From the NCBI RefSeq assembly GCF_038025025.1, contig NW_027117343.1:1984001-2048000 (forward strand): a stretch of DNA of 64,000 nucleotides, given 5' to 3'. The notes beneath the pieces are model-generated. The model was not told the origin of the DNA, ran no database searches, and saw nothing but the letters and a program-made list of their open reading frames with translations. The DNA comes from Phyllosticta citribraziliensis (taxonomy: Eukaryota). The position numbers were made by a program, and so were the translations under genes. Shown piece after piece: positions 1-14,104 of the stretch (positions within the stretch are counted from its first letter, which is position 1; each line of letters starts with the position of its first letter).

Positions 1-2
1 GG

Positions 3-1610
3 ATTCGCACGGCATTCGAAAACTGCGCTGCCGAGAAGCAAGAACGCGCCAACACCATGAGAAAATTACGGCAAGTTGAGCGCCGCATCTCGATGATTTC
101 GGCCTGGATTGCTGGATTCGACGCAGTCTGCGAACAAAGAGAGGACGAGGAGCCTCCACGAAGCCTCATCGCCATGAGAAAGACAGCCCTGGGGATTCAG
201 GCAGAGTTGGAGGCGAGCAGACAACATTACCACCAAAAACTCGCAAGAAGCGCATGGGATCGTGCTCTCGATACTGCTCTTCAGACTGGCATCCGTCAAC
301 TTAGGGAGATTGACAGTGCCAACTGCGGCAGTGATGTTGCCAGCTTGATGAGGGAGGCAGAATTACTTAGGTCGTGTGCCGAAAGAGAGGCTTTCATGGC
401 TGTTTTGGAGCAAGAGAGAGGAGGCGATGCGGCCGTCGTCCAGGTGTTGCTCCAAGCGCATTTTGAGACTGTCGCGATTCTCGGCCAAATCATGGTCATG
501 AGCGAGGAAGATGCTGTCAGGGCAGCCAAGGAGATGTTGGGCAAGCTAATCTCTTCTTGCTCTGATGCGGCATCACAGGTAATCAAGCCGGAGGGTGGTC
601 TCCCCGTTATAGAGGCTTTCCCGCCAACCAGCAAGGGCACACCAAAGAGGAGGAATCCAACCAAGTTGATGGGCCCATCACCGATGAAGCTTCCCGTTCC
701 CGTTTGGAGCGAAAATCAGTCACCCTCCAAGGCCATGTCTTCTCCTCGCCGGAAAAAGTATGGTGCCCCAAGGAAAGGCGTCAAGGTAACGCCGAAGAAA
801 TCTCCAACCAAGGTCGCAAAGCGTGGGGTGCGCTGGCGGGACGACGTTGAAGACGGCGCTCTTGCAGACTTTCAGGCCACGCCGCAAGCCCTTGATTACA
901 CCCCGTCCAGCACTTCATCGCGCGCCGGCACTCCTCCGCTCTCAAGCATCCCAGTCCGCACGAGTCTCGATTCTTCTCCCATTCCAGCACCTCCTGACCT
1001 TGGCTCCCTCGACATTAAGCCCAGCCGCAACAGCCGCTTCCAAACCGGCTTCCTTTCCAAGGCGCGCTCCGGATCACCTCAATCTCTCCTCCCAGCCTTT
1101 TCGTCCGACTCGGACATATCACCACTCCGCGACGCAGAGGGCAGCAGGACCCACGGCCGCTCACCGTTGCACAACGTCGCCCTACCAACCACCTCGTCCG
1201 CCGATAACACGCCAAATGACTCGGACAAGGGCTCCGCGCCCAGCTCAGAGGACGAAAAGTCGTGGCTTGATTCCGTCTCGAAAGACCAGAACGCTGCTCG
1301 CAGTATTCGATCGGCCATGACGTCGATGCGTCGTAGCTCTAATGGCGGGCTGCCTGGCGGTCCCAGCCACCACAACCACCACCACAAGACTGCCTCAACA
1401 GGCAATATTCGCACGCGGAACGTCAAGTCGCCCCCACAGACGCGCCGCAGTAGTATTAGCAAAAACGGCGCGCCGGGCCAGGCGCCGCGGCGCGTCACGC
1501 TGAGCGAGGACCGCGGCCGTCCTGGCTTGGATGCGCGGGCGCTGCGGATTGGCGGGGCGAGAGCAGCTGGTGGTGGGAGCGTGAGGGCGGAGAAGGGCGT
1601 GTGGAAGTGA
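3..1610 (+). CDS. Probable kinesin-8 (Kip3/KipB-like) C-terminal stalk and tail; 5' part including the motor domain lies outside the window
   Basis: Frame is open from position 3 to TGA at 1608-1610. A helical/coiled-coil segment is followed by an S/P/K-rich tail containing 'KRGVRWRDDVEDGALADFQATPQ' and ending 'KGVWK', which I recall from fungal kinesin-8 tails. The motor domain is not visible. Confidence 0.65.
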   Translation: MRTAFENCAAEKQERANTMRKLRQVERRISMISAWIAGFDAVCEQREDEEPPRSLIAMRKTALGIQAELEASRQHYHQKLARSAWDRALDTALQTGIRQLREIDSANCGSDVASLMREAELLRSCAEREAFMAVLEQERGGDAAVVQVLLQAHFETVAILGQIMVMSEEDAVRAAKEMLGKLISSCSDAASQVIKPEGGLPVIEAFPPTSKGTPKRRNPTKLMGPSPMKLPVPVWSENQSPSKAMSSPRRKKYGAPRKGVKVTPKKSPTKVAKRGVRWRDDVEDGALADFQATPQALDYTPSSTSSRAGTPPLSSIPVRTSLDSSPIPAPPDLGSLDIKPSRNSRFQTGFLSKARSGSPQSLLPAFSSDSDISPLRDAEGSRTHGRSPLHNVALPTTSSADNTPNDSDKGSAPSSEDEKSWLDSVSKDQNAARSIRSAMTSMRRSSNGGLPGGPSHHNHHHKTASTGNIRTRNVKSPPQTRRSSISKNGAPGQAPRRVTLSEDRGRPGLDARALRIGGARAAGGGSVRAEKGVWK

Positions 1611-2067
1611 GATGAGGCGAGGCGAGGTAGATATTTGGTAGGAGGATGAAGTTCCCGCCGGTCTGTCGTCAACTCCTCTTTTTTTCCTCTTCTGCTTGCC
1701 TTTTCCTTGCCTTGCCCTCGTGGGCGTCGCTTCTTTTTATTCTTCGCGCCATGTCTTCTTTTGCCTGTCATCGTTCTCCCTTTCTTGCCTCTATTTGCTC
1801 TGGCACGAGCATGCGGGCGTGGCTGTCTGTCCATCCGTATGCTTGCTTACCTGCGGCTTGGCTTACCCTTGCTCTTGAACCCTTTCTTTCTTTTCATTAT
1901 CTCTCTTTCCTTCTACGCGTGCTTGCCAGACGTCCTCATTCCTCGCTCTGCAACGAGCGGGCGGCATTTCCAAACACATGTACGCAACACCATCCCATGC
2001 GAGGAGTCATTCAGGAGGAGTCTGGCTGGCTTGCTTGCTTGCTCGCGTGCGCATTTTTTTAGGGATC

Positions 2068-2088
2068 CATCATCATCATCATCATCAT
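2068..2088. repeat. (CAT)7 microsatellite
   Basis: Read directly from the sequence. Confidence 0.9.
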
Positions 2089-5000
2089 CGGTTTGGCCGC
2101 GGTGTCGGCGTCGGTGGCTGGCTGGCTGTCTGGCTGGCACTATAGGGAGTTTGGGGTGGTGGGCGGAGTCTTTTGGGAGTGGAGTTGGTTGGGCGGGGTG
2201 GTTTGTTTGCTTGCTTGCTGGTTTTCGTCTTGTCTTGTGGGGTTTTCCCGTTTTAAGTTCGAGCTACCAGGCTGATCAATTTGCCGTGAATGGAGTCGAG
2301 TCGAAGTGAGCTCGGTCCAGTGAATGAAGTTGATGCCATACCGATACATGCGTCCGTTTCTCGCGCGTCTACCACGGACAGACAGCGCCGTTGTCGGCCA
2401 CCTCAATGGCCAGTCGGCGGCTTCTCTCTTGGCTGCTCACGCATAGAGCTTGCATCTGTCTGTCTACCATACCTAGCACACAAGGACTACTGTCTGCTTG
2501 CTTACGCCCTCGTCCTCAACCGCCGGTGCTATTGCTTCCTCGTCCTTCCACCTTTCTACCCTCCTCCTCCTCCGGTTTCGCACCTTACACCTCTGTTGCG
2601 TCTACGCCACCTCCCATCTTTTGCCAAGCAGAACTGACTGACTGAACATGTCGAAAGCAAAAGCAAAGTCTACTCCGTTGCGTGAAACGGAAACGCGATT
2701 AGCCGCATCATCACCATCATCACCATTTGAGAAACCACACGGCGGGAGTCGGCGTTTGCTGTGCGCTGCTTGGTCTTGGGCTGTGGCTGTGCTGGGTATG
2801 CCGTGCCGTCTGGTACGAGGAAGCAGGGGGTGGGTGTGGAGAGTGGCATGCATGGACAGGGGATGCTGCGAAGACGAGGGAGAGTGAGTGAGCGGAAGGA
2901 GACGCGTGAGGGCGCGACGCGGGGACGCGACGAGACTGATGGGGTGGATGAGCGAGGGGATGGATGGGTGGGTCGGTGGGCAAATGGAAAATCTTGAATG
3001 TTCTGTCTTTCTGCATACATGCATGTCTTTCCCCCAATTCATCGATCTGACTTTTGCTCTCCCTCCGAGCCTTCCTTCCCTCTGATTTTGCCTCGTCTTG
3101 GCTACCTATATGGATGTACCTAGGCTCCTTACTCACCGACTCACTCATCTTGCCCATGCAATCTGCTTTGTCTTCACGAACGATAAACGCATTTAGCCGC
3201 TGATCGCCCGCTCATGCATGCGTATCTTGGCTCTATCAGCGGTGGATGAGTTAGTTGACGGGCATGGCGAATGGATAGACGCAGAGACACGGAGGTAGAC
3301 AGGGAGGCAGGCAAGCAGGGGCAGCGGCCGAAATCAAGTTTCGCTCCGGAGCTTCGGGCGTGGACGGTTTCGGCACTTTTTGGCCGTTTTCTCGTACGAG
3401 GAGCTTGGAATTGCAGTGAAGAGGGCAGAGGGACGAGGGCAGGTGAGCTGAGCTGAGCTGAGCTGGGCCGAGGGAATGACCGAGCCCGAGAAACGAAGGT
3501 CGGCTGCAGGCGGTCTTGCCGCTGCTTAGATGACGGTGACGTCGCACTCCTTCATGGGTTGCTCTTGTCGATCATGCCGGGTCGGCAGTGTGGTTCATGC
3601 GCCATCATGTAAGGCCATTTTCTTACGCGGTGACGTCGAGAGGGGACGAGATGGAGGGAGAGGAGGAGATGGGGGAAGTCAGCGCGGCTCGGTTGTGCAT
3701 GGAGCTCCTGTTCTCGACCAAATACCTGTTTCTTTCTCATCAAACGGGTCAGTTGAGAAAGTGAGAGGGGGGTTGGATGGTGTTCTGCGTGCTGGTGTGA
3801 CGCGTACGCAGTGGCACTTTACCCCCTGACCGCTTCATTGCTCGCTCTCCCACTGCGCCACTGTCAGTCAGTCAATCAGCCAGATGGATATTCTGCCTCC
3901 TCGCTCATGCCTGCATGCATGCCTGCCTGCATACATGCATCCAAATTCCCTGAACAACAAGTGAGGCGTTTTGCCACGGGAAAGGCACGGCGCGTTTCCC
4001 ATCCTCAGGGTCCGGACGTATCGCAGCAGGCTCAATGCGCAGCAGCTCCCGGGTAAGCAGCGCGACGATTGGCTGGCTGCCGATCCGCAGCAAGGCATGG
4101 GTCCTGGAGGAGGGAGGGCATGAATGAGCACTAGTAAGAGGGACGAATCGGGTCGAAGTTCTGTTCAAGGAGCGTCTGTCTGAGGGAGGGATGGGGAAGC
4201 CTTGTCCAAAGTGCCGCGAGCGAGTCTTGGTGCGTGCTCGGGCGGGCCCGGCACAGTAAAACACTTGCGCCAAACGCCTGTGATTGAAGGGCCGTGAGGC
4301 TGAAGGGGTCTATTTCGATTTTCAACGATTGCGTATATTGCCTTCTGGGCAAGGGTGGCCCAGGCGAGGCTCAAAAGCTTGTTTGAACAAAAGTAATGGG
4401 CCCTTCGTCACTTCGCAATTTTGTCCCGTTGTGTTGGAAATAGCACGACTGGTTCTCAGATCACCTCCTCCCTAGCCGCAGCTCGCCCGTGGGAGGATTG
4501 AGAAAGTCATCGGAAGTCCTGCTGAGTCTGGTCGACGACGTCATTGCAACGGTCCTAGGCGGCGGGCGGCATATCTTCTCCCTTTCGCGACGCAGCAGGC
4601 AGAGCAAAACGCCGTGTCCGTTTAGCACTTCATCCTCTTCCAAGACTTGGCAGCAGTAGTGCAAAGAAAGAGTGTGGCGGTTGGGCCGTTACGGGGGCCA
4701 CTTCAGATCTGGATATGCAAATCACCAAAGGTGGTCCCCAAGGCTCATCGTTTCGCCCAGAGCGTGATCAGCGGCTTTATGCGGCCGCTGAGTGGCCAGG
4801 CTACCACGCTGGCGCTCCGCTCGAAACACTTGGCAGCAGCAGTGAGATGCTTATACTGCGGGAGCTGCGTCGTCGACCGTCGGCGGTGTGAGTGGTGGGC
4901 GGCGGGGCCAAGCGAGACACGTCTTGCACCAGTCGACACAGAACCCGCGTTTCCATTGCAGAGACTCTAAACGCTTGGCGGCAGTAGTCGACGGAGTGAT

Positions 5001-8000
5001 AGTGTCGTCGGCTGTTTGGCCTCAAAGCGTCGGCGTGTGTCCCTCTCTTCGCCGACTTCCGGATGACCCAGGAGGCAGGCTAGTCGCATACATTGTCTCC
5101 TTGGAGACAGGATCTTCAGTGGAGGGGCAGAGATGCCGCTGTTTTAGTTCGAAGCGGACACAAGCACCTGCCCATAGACCCGTTTGCATAGGGCTGGTTT
5201 GTTCTGGAAAAGTTGGTCGAGGGCATCCTACTCGCGCGCAGGGGGCGAGCCTCCCCTCCATGCGACTGGGGTGATTTCATTTCACTCTGCCGTCACATCC
5301 CCAAACCGGGCTCAAATTGAACGACACGAAAAAGGTCGAAATCAGGTTATCAATTCTGCCAAGTCTAACCATTGAACGCGGAATGCCGATGACGTCTGGT
5401 CGAGGTGATAGAACCGCTGGTCCAAAATTTTGCCAAATTTAATTGCTCGATCCTCTACCCTGTTCAGCAATACCTGTGCAGAACTCACCAGTAGAAATCT
5501 TACCGTCTACCTCAGCCTCACTTCACGTTGCACCACCTCTTTTCCCGCAGGAATTCCAAAATTTCAAGCCCGCCACGGCGTTCCAACGCCAAGGCCAGCA
5601 TATCATTCAACCACCTCTCCGCGAAACGTCAGTTTACATTGCACCATCGTCCATAGGCATGATATTTCACACACAAGACATCAGTGATCTTGGCCACTCT
5701 TTAGCCGTCGAGATGGCCAAGTATCAGCCAAGTGACCGACCACCGACGACACGGTGGTTCCTTTACGCTGCCGGCGACTGGCCCACCACCGCCAGCCTGA
5801 GCGGCAGACACTTACTCAGGGGAACGAGGACTGACACGGTGCGAAACCGTTGCTGAAGCTCTCCTCGCACTCCACCTCCCAACCGTCTGAGTTGCAAGAG
5901 AGCCAAGACGTGCGGACAGGACCTCCTCTCCTGAACGAGGATCCTGAACGAGGAGGAAGATGGATGGTGAATGGGATGCCGAATGAAACTCGACAAAAAT
6001 TCTCCGTCGAGCGGCCCCTAAACCTTGATGCGCGCACTACGTTCGACGTTAGATCTTTCGCGAAGCTGGCCCAAGGGGGGCCAAGACGCGGGTGCCGGGT
6101 GGGACGTGTGCCAGAGAACGGCTGTTGCTTCTTCTTGTGTGTGTTGGCAACAGACGACGGGTGTACCCGGTCCACTCGTCGGATTTGCGCGTGCGTGTGC
6201 GTCCCTCCACATGGGCGTAGAACAACGCAAGCCACCACCAAGCTCTGCCAAGTTGCCATTGCCGCTCGTCATGAACGGGCCGAGCAAAAAGAAAGCAAAC
6301 AGAAGGCTGCGTGGTGCTGGCCCCAAAAACAATCAGCTTTGCGGGTTGGAGTGGACCCTACAACCACTTCCCGCTGCTGGGGGCTCGCGGCACCTATCTC
6401 GAACACGACCGCAACCAGTGACCTGGCCAGCCAGCCCCCCTGCTGTCTAACCTCCTCTCTTTCTTTTTCAAGGTCGGCCGCAAAGCTGGCCAAATCGCCG
6501 ATCAATCCAGAGACAGACATGCACCCCTCTCCGACGCTCTCAAACCCCTCTTCTGAGGAGCGAATCTGCGCCGCTCGCTTTCCCACCTCGCCAATTCTTG
6601 TGTGTCATCTGCTCGGCTCACTTTCCTGGGATAAAACTGGACAAGTCGCGAGTGCGTGCATACAGGATGGAGCCCACGTGCGCACTCGACTCACCTACCT
6701 TATTCATCGCGCGAAGGATGAAAAGAGGTGACGTGATGCGTGTGATTGAGCAAGTTGGGGTTGCCGCGGCAGCTAAGATGGCAGGAGATGGAGCAAAGGA
6801 GGAGCGAGGGAGGAATCGACAGCAGAGCGAGCGTGCAGGGCAGAAAGGCACGTGGGGATGTCGTCACAGGTGTGGTAGAGCGAGTACGTGATGTGCGCGG
6901 GAGGATACGGTGCAGATGCGCGCGGGCGGGCGGGCGGGTAACCATGGGGTCCAAGTGCGTTTGTACATGCAACCAGGACATCTCTGTGGGGTGCGTGGTG
7001 GTGGTTGTGAAGGGGGAAGATGCAGGAGGGAGGGATCTTCCGTACCGTTGGATGCATGCATGGGTCAGAAGTTTATATCGACCCACTCGTACACTTCAGT
7101 TACGCAGACAGTCGCAACGTTGAATTTGCTTGCTTGATTGCCTGCCACGCAAGTACTCGCGCGCCGACGACCGCGCGAATCACCTGTAGCGGAGACCGTC
7201 TTGCTGCAAGCAATATCGACGGGCGGTCTGCAGACCACGCGGTGGATAACGAGCGCTGAGCCAACTGGACAGCAGCTTCAAAACCAACGACTACGAGTCA
7301 TTCTTTCAGCTCGGCATCTCGACCACAAAAGAAAGATTTGCCCACGACGGAACCTTCCCTCTGGCATTGACAAGGTCTCTGAGCTCATCAGTCGGTGTCG
7401 GTCAGGGACTGGCTTAGTGGTTATGGTTGTTCGTGGCCAGCAGATTGGTAGGATTAAGGTACCTTCAACCAACCTTGATCCTCGTATGCACGCCATGAGC
7501 ACGACGGGCGCGCGAACCCCCCTAGAACCCAAAGCAGCATGTCCACTCGCTCTGCTTCTCCCACGCTTCCACGTTTCAGGGAGACGGCCTTCGTGCGACC
7601 CCTTGCCCCGAGACTCGTACGTCTTGCAAACTCCGATTCGCCGACAGCCTACCAGAGTCCAGTATGGGATTAGCGGCGAACCCGGGCAAGTTGGCAGACC
7701 AGATTGCGGACGCTAGCAGGGTTACGTTAAGGTAACGGAAGCGGGCAAGCAGGGTGGAATGGGTTGAGTTGCGGGCGCTAAGTTCTAGCTCGGGAGCAGC
7801 CAAGAGACGACCAAAACTTGGCAAGGGCATCGTCTTCCTGCAAGTTGTGCGTGGGGAAGCGTAGACTGCGAAAGATGCGGTGAGATGAGGGAGATACGAG
7901 AGAAAAGAAAGAACCCGTGATTGTCGGTCTCGTGTTCGGGAGGTTGTGGTAGAGAGCTGAATATTCTGCGCTGTACGAATCCTTCCACAGCAATTGGCTG

Positions 8001-9075
8001 GACCCCATCTTCAAAAAATTCCCATATCAAGCTCTCCTTGGCAGGCAGGAAAAGCTTGTCTCGTCTTGGAGTGCTTGAGTCTCGAAAAAGCTTGGCCAAG
8101 CTCTCATTCATGAAGCTCTGTGTGTGCCAGTAGGCCTCGGAAGTACGATTGAAAAAGACCGTTACGTTTAGCTTTGACATGCCGCACGTCGGCTGACTAT
8201 GCGGCTCTTGTGAATGGCCCACTCTCCCAGGTCGCCGTTTTGGCTCACGGGGTGGCTGGCTTGGCGTCTGCGTCAAAGGAACGAACGAAGGATGAGAAAA
8301 GCTAGCCCGACGACTCGACTTAAAACGGAGCGTGGCTGGCGGATCGTTTCATGACGCACGACTCCGGCCGACCATGCAAGTGTGCCGTACATGGCAACAG
8401 AGACAGGCCGATGAAGGTGCTGACTGCTGAGGGATTGTTGACGTTGTCAAATATCCTGATGACGGCTCAGTCTTGAGAGTCCAGCATGCCGACTAGCTGA
8501 CGATGAGTGACTGCCAAGGTCGACGGTTGCAGTGACCGTCTCTCAAACCGTTCATCATATATCCGGTCGAGTATGGGAATCGCTTCGATCGCCTCGTTCA
8601 TGCGTCACATCTGCTCCCGTCTCTTTGGTTTGGCTCTGCAACCCCCATCTTAAATGTGTCCGAGACAAGATAGCCTGGCGTTCGCAGCCAGGTGTAGCGA
8701 AACTTGCAAATTTTTGTCGAGTAAATGATGATTGCTTTCCGCCATCATGCATCCCCACGTTTCGCAGTGCGTTGTTGTTGGTCCCATCATTCGTCAATCG
8801 TGAGTAAATTCGAAAGTAGAACTGGCCGCCCGTCGGGGTATTACCACAATGCGGTAGAAAAATTATACAAGGTGGAAATTAAGCCCAAGCGAGCGGCGAT
8901 AAGCTGTGGAAAAAAGCTGATCTCATCAGCTGCTGAAAGAATGTCGAGAAAGACGAGAAAAATCTCCAAATACGACGATCAGATCTAACTCCTGAAACTC
9001 CGTTGTGACCATTTCGGCAACGAAGCCTTCCTTTGCGCCCAAACGCCTTTCGCCATACCCTCGTAACATGGCCCA

Positions 9076-10172
9076 TTACCGGGGATTCCTGTCCTCGGTG
9101 AGCAGCGCAGCAACGGGAACGCTCTGCTCACTCAATGAGCGCTCAAGCGGTCTTCGATCCGCACTGTTCACCGATGACCATCTATTTTGCCCTGGTGGCA
9201 CGTGCAGTTGTCTTCCCGATTCCAGGGGACTCACTCCTTCAGCATCAGGAGGCGTCGGCGGTCGTGGGACGTGGATTCCCATACCCATGTTGGGGACAAG
9301 AGGGCTCTTCATACCGCCCCTTTTCCAAATGTCTTCGAGCTGAGCGGCTGACACGTCAGGACCGTAATCTGCTGCAATCGTGGCCCAAAACGCTGAACGG
9401 TGCGCTTCATAAATTGAACGGAGGCGGGCAGTGTCGACTGGTCCGACTGATGACATGGGACTGTGTGAGCGGGAGTCGGACAGTCTTGTGTCCATGCTAA
9501 GGGAACTGGGGTTAGACATGCGCATCGGCTGCATGCCTGGAGGAGCGAAGCCATGGTGGTGGAAGGGGAACCCAGGTCTGGCACTTCCAACGCCAGTGTC
9601 GACGCGGAGAGCAGCTCTAGGCTCCGGAGATTGCTGAGGAGTAATGAGCCTCGGATGGAGACGTGGCAATATTATCTTTTGCTGTTGGGCAGGGGACATT
9701 TCCATATGGTGTTGATGCAAGGGGCTTTGCCTCGTCATTGGAGTTTGCTGTCGAGGAGGGGTGATGTTCTGAGGTTCCTCCACCAAGTCGTTGGGGAGAG
9801 AGAATTGCGAGCGGGGGGAATTGTCCGCGGTGGAGCCCATGGACACGGCAGTACCAGAGGAGGAAATGGAAGCATTCCGTTTTCGGCGGTGTGAGCCATG
9901 GCTCAATTGGTGAAAGTGAAGACGACAAGCTAGTTCGGTCTTTTTCAGGTGTTGGGCAATGTGCTTGTAAGGCATTTTTTGCATGCGCGTCTGAAGCAGA
10001 TAGGTTTCCTGGTACAAGTCAGTAAGAACTAGGCGAGAGGAATAGCTTGACTGACCTCCTCCTCAGACCACGACCTGTTGCCTCCGGTTGACATTTTGCG
10101 GGATCTCAACAGCGAGGGGTTTTCCATATCACTGAACGAGGCTATAGAAGGGTTCCTGCGGTGATGCGCCAT
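9076..10172 (-). CDS. Myb/SANT-like protein (Myb-A), about 349 aa; exons complement(10056-10172, 9076-10008)
   Basis: A 47-nt intron at 10009-10055 (GTCAGT..TACTGAC..CAG) joins 'RSWSEEE|ETYLLQTRMQKMPYKHIAQHLKKTELACRLHFHQL', a Myb-like helix-turn-helix. A second degenerate repeat 'RLRSIYEAHRSAFWATIAADYG..AAQLEDIWKRG' lies near the C-terminus. Confidence 0.85.
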
Positions 10173-10360
10173 CTGATTTAGTCGGTGAGGTCCTGGATAT
10201 ATGTTGTAGTGTATCGATTGGCCAGCAATGTGCGTTGATAAGCCCAGCCAGTGGGTCTGTAACGAACGCAAGTTGGAATTGGAGCCGAATCCTCAACCGA
10301 CAGAGGGACAGTATAAAATTATCGTTTTGGAGAAGGGAAGACTGCGGCAGAGGTGGGTGC

Positions 10361-10367
10361 ATATATA
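10361..10367 (-). promoter_or_regulatory. Candidate TATA box of Myb-A
   Basis: TATATAT on the minus strand about 190 nt upstream of ATG 10172, in otherwise GC-balanced DNA. Confidence 0.35.
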
Positions 10368-13300
10368 ACTATAGATCCTGGGCGGCGGACCAAGCAAGCT
10401 AAGATTGTTCTGACGGCCGGTTCAAGAGTGTCCTAGGCGCATCATGATTGGAGAAAAGACATGATGTAGGTTGAGTTTCCAAAACAGCCATGCGGCCAGG
10501 AGCTGCAACAAAACCAAGGATTTGCAAACCTCGGGATCAGCGCGCATTCGACGAAGCTGTGTCTCTCGCACTTCCGCTTCGAGTAGTGCGGCTGGGGGTC
10601 CCGGCAGTAGGGCGAGGCGGTTGAAAGCTAGGCTGGGGGGCATCCTGGGAAGCGCGGGCAGTCAAGCGTGGGCAAGCTGAAGCACGGGCGCATGAGGGAG
10701 TCGCTGTTCTGAGGAGGGCTGGAGGCAGTTTCTAAACGGTTAGAGAGCCTCCGTATCCCATCTCATGCGAGGGACTGATTGCGGACCCTGGGATAACGAA
10801 CAAGCCTTGATGCGCCGGGCGCTAGCAGAATGGAGAAACACGTGTGGATCGTGTGCAGCCAAAATATAACCATGTCTGAAATCTCATGCGTTGGTAGCCT
10901 GGCCGCACGGCGGGCCGCGCTGTGTCTCTTTTTTAACCTCAGCCATGTCACTGTCGCTGGGGAGAGGTGAGGTGCAGGTCCAGAGTCGGTCCTCTCTGCG
11001 CCGGGGCAGACGGGCGGGACAGGCGAAAAAGCAACGTGCGTGCCAAAAGTTTAACGGCAACCGAACACGTCTCGAGCGATGGCATTGCGCGACTGCAGAC
11101 AGTCTCTGGTTCAGGTGGATAGGCAGACGGTCTCGTTGTCCGCTCCTTCGACGGCGCGAGGTCGACCTTCTTGGCAGCGAGGAGGCTCAAACGTACGTGT
11201 GGCACCACGGCCGTCTCAAGGGTCGGCGAGAGGTGTGGCGGCGGGAAACAAGACGTCAAATGTCACCATGAATGGACGACGAGGCAGGGCGTTGTTTGCT
11301 GCTGCGACGACAGGCGAGAGCGGCATTGGTCAGCATTGCCATGGCGCAGACGTCGGCGTGTTTGGTCGACATGTGAAGGGTCAGATGCGGTGGCGCAACA
11401 GCCAATGGACTGGAGCGCATTTTGGACGAGGCTGGAGAGCATGATGATTCGATCTGGACGGGAGGAGGCATTGTGCGTGCGTGGTGGATGAAGAGGTGCC
11501 GTGCAGCGCAGCGCAGCGCAGCGACGACGACGACCAACGGAAGCGAGCGACTTCGGGACTAACTCTCCTCGGGCTTAGCTCGCTCCCCACGTCACCTCCC
11601 CTCCCCCATGGATGGCCAACGTCGAGTGAACACCACGCCCGTCGGCCTCAGACTCGTCACCTTACTCGCAATCTGCAACACGCAGGCTCAGCCCATTGCT
11701 TCTGTTTGCGTCCTCGTAGGGCTGTTCTCTGACCTGACCTGACCTGACCTCAGCAACCCGATGCCGCACAACCTCAGCCAGCCTGCCTGCCTGCCTGTCG
11801 CGCGCTGCATGAAGAATCTCACGGCTCGGCGACGCCCGCCTGCGCTGCGGCTTTGGCGGACGCGCGTGACGACAATCAGGTTTGGTCTGCATGCTCACGA
11901 GAGAGAGAGAACGAGCGTCGTCGCTGCAACAACGCCCGCCGTCCTATCGCTTGCACCGTCGCGCCCACGGCCCAATGGATCCCCAGCCGCCACCACCCTC
12001 CAAGACCTACCCCGCACGCCCACCCCTCACTATCCAAAACCACACATCCCAAGACGTCGGCCGGAGGTATTGTCTACCTCGTTTTCCCAGCTTCCGTCAG
12101 GCACGATCCCGCGTATCCGCTACTCCTGCTATACGCCAGAAACATCACCACCTGTCGGCGCCCCGGCATCCTGGCAGCGTCATGACCAAAGCCACGACTG
12201 ACGGCCACGAGTAGAGTCCAGTCCGATGGACCGCTTCCGAGATCGACTTTATGCCCTCGGGCGGACCGACAGGGAGACGGAACCAGAGGGAAACGATCCG
12301 CCTGTATTTGTTTCTGCCCACAACACATGTTCCTCGTTTCCCCTCCCTTCTCAGAGTCTCCGCACCGTCCGCTCTCAATTACACTTAGACCCTACCATGT
12401 CCAATTTTTTGCGCCCAGCGAGTGGCAGGCCTTGCTCGCGGGCCATGCTTATGCGCCGGCGCACCGCTCGCGTGCGTGGCTAGCCGGAATCCGCGTGCCC
12501 TCAAGGCAAAACCCGTGCGTTGACAAAGCGACTGGATCGCACAGCAGGTAGGCAGGGACAGAGCAACTGGTGGCAAGTTGTATCATTACCCGGCAGCATC
12601 AACTCTGTATACGAGTTCGGTCCGGCGGGCAGAGACAGCAACCTGAGGCATGAGTTACCAGTCCAGAAAACATCGGAGGGTCTCCGAACACGAAACGCGC
12701 CTCTTGAATGATGAATGATGTGGTGTATGAATGCGGAAGGGGCCTGAACATGGCTTGTCATGTTTGGCTTGCGTGCCCTGTCCAACTGTCGCCAGCCCCC
12801 GGTCTCGAGGTCAGAGGGGAAGAGAGCAATGAGGCCTACTTGCCTTACCCTTGCTCGCAAAATGCAACTGGCTGCGCGTACGGGCTTGGATCATCGCGTG
12901 CGCACCCGCTGCTGCTTGCTGCTGATGATTGCTCTCGGCGACCTCTGTTCTCTACATACCTGCCTTCGTCTGGCCTTGTCGCTCAGTGTCGCGCGCGTCT
13001 CTTCGTCTTTCTGCTGACTTCTGCTGATTTCTTTCTACGCCTCCTCCGCCTTCCTCTCAACCTCATCTGACTTGCTCCCGCGTCTTAGCTCGCTCTTGAG
13101 GCCCCTCCCCTCCGCCCCCTTGCTGCATGAGAAGCAGTCGAAAAGCAGTGCGTCACTGATCGACCGCCGTTCCAAGATCACCACCACTCGGCCCATCACC
13201 GCCAGCTGCTCCACCGGCGCTACCAGCAACGCTATCCACGACGACCATAGCAGCACTCGCAAGCTCGTCTAGCGTCCCTGCTGCTGGTCTCGGCAGCGCC

Positions 13301-14104
13301 ATCTTCTACCGCTACTGGCCAGAAAGAATACCTCCCGATACCCTAACCGCTTGTAGCCGTCGTTTTGCCAGTCCAATTACCCTGTCGGTCACGTTTCTCA
13401 CCCATCCGCCGAATCGCAGCAGCTTCCCTTGTCCCTTCCCCTCCTTTGACTTGCTGACTCCGTACGTGTTGCGCCTTCAACGCAACCAAACATCCTTATC
13501 CCCGCAACCACTTCAACCTGCTGCAGCTGCGCAGTCGACATGTTGGTTCTCTGACCAGGAAGAGACACCTTGAAAGTCCCCTGTCCTGCGAACGACTGGA
13601 CGGACAAGAAAAGAGCCGCAGTTGGACCAAATTGCAAGGCTGGATCAGCGTCACTTCACTTGGCCAACAATAGCAACTTTCCCACATCGGACATCATTGA
13701 CAACCACGACTTGCCGGGTTGCTACGCCGAGTACACTTCCGCTCGCGCCGCCGAAAGAAGGACAAGCACTGCCGAAGACCAGTTGTTTCCCCCTCGGCGT
13801 GTTTCAAAACAGAACAAAGTCAAATCCGACGAAAACGGTCCCGACCAAGCATATTTAAAATCCACTTCTCAACCGCAGCCGGCCCGCTCCGTTGATTACG
13901 GGCTCGGTAGGCTATTAAGAATAAGACTTGGCTGTGCGCAGTATGAGCTGCGGAAACTAAGTAGGTGCAGCGCCGAGATAGCAGCAGCCCTATCGTGAGG
14001 ACGTTGGAAAGAGAAGAAAACCAAACTGTTGCGAGAAAGAGGAGTCACAGACAAGTCAACACTCAGCAACAGACTAAACAGACCAATAGGCGGCGTCAAT
14101 AACC

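Noticed and set aside
5850..6731. 293-aa plus-strand ORF in the spacer before Myb-A
   Set aside because: Non-ATG start and Cys/Arg/Ser-rich composition typical of chance GC-rich ORFs.
7785..8276. Minus-strand ORF containing 'MSKLNVTVFFNRTSEAYWH..'
   Set aside because: Somewhat protein-like, but no recognisable family or supporting splice signals; not enough to call.
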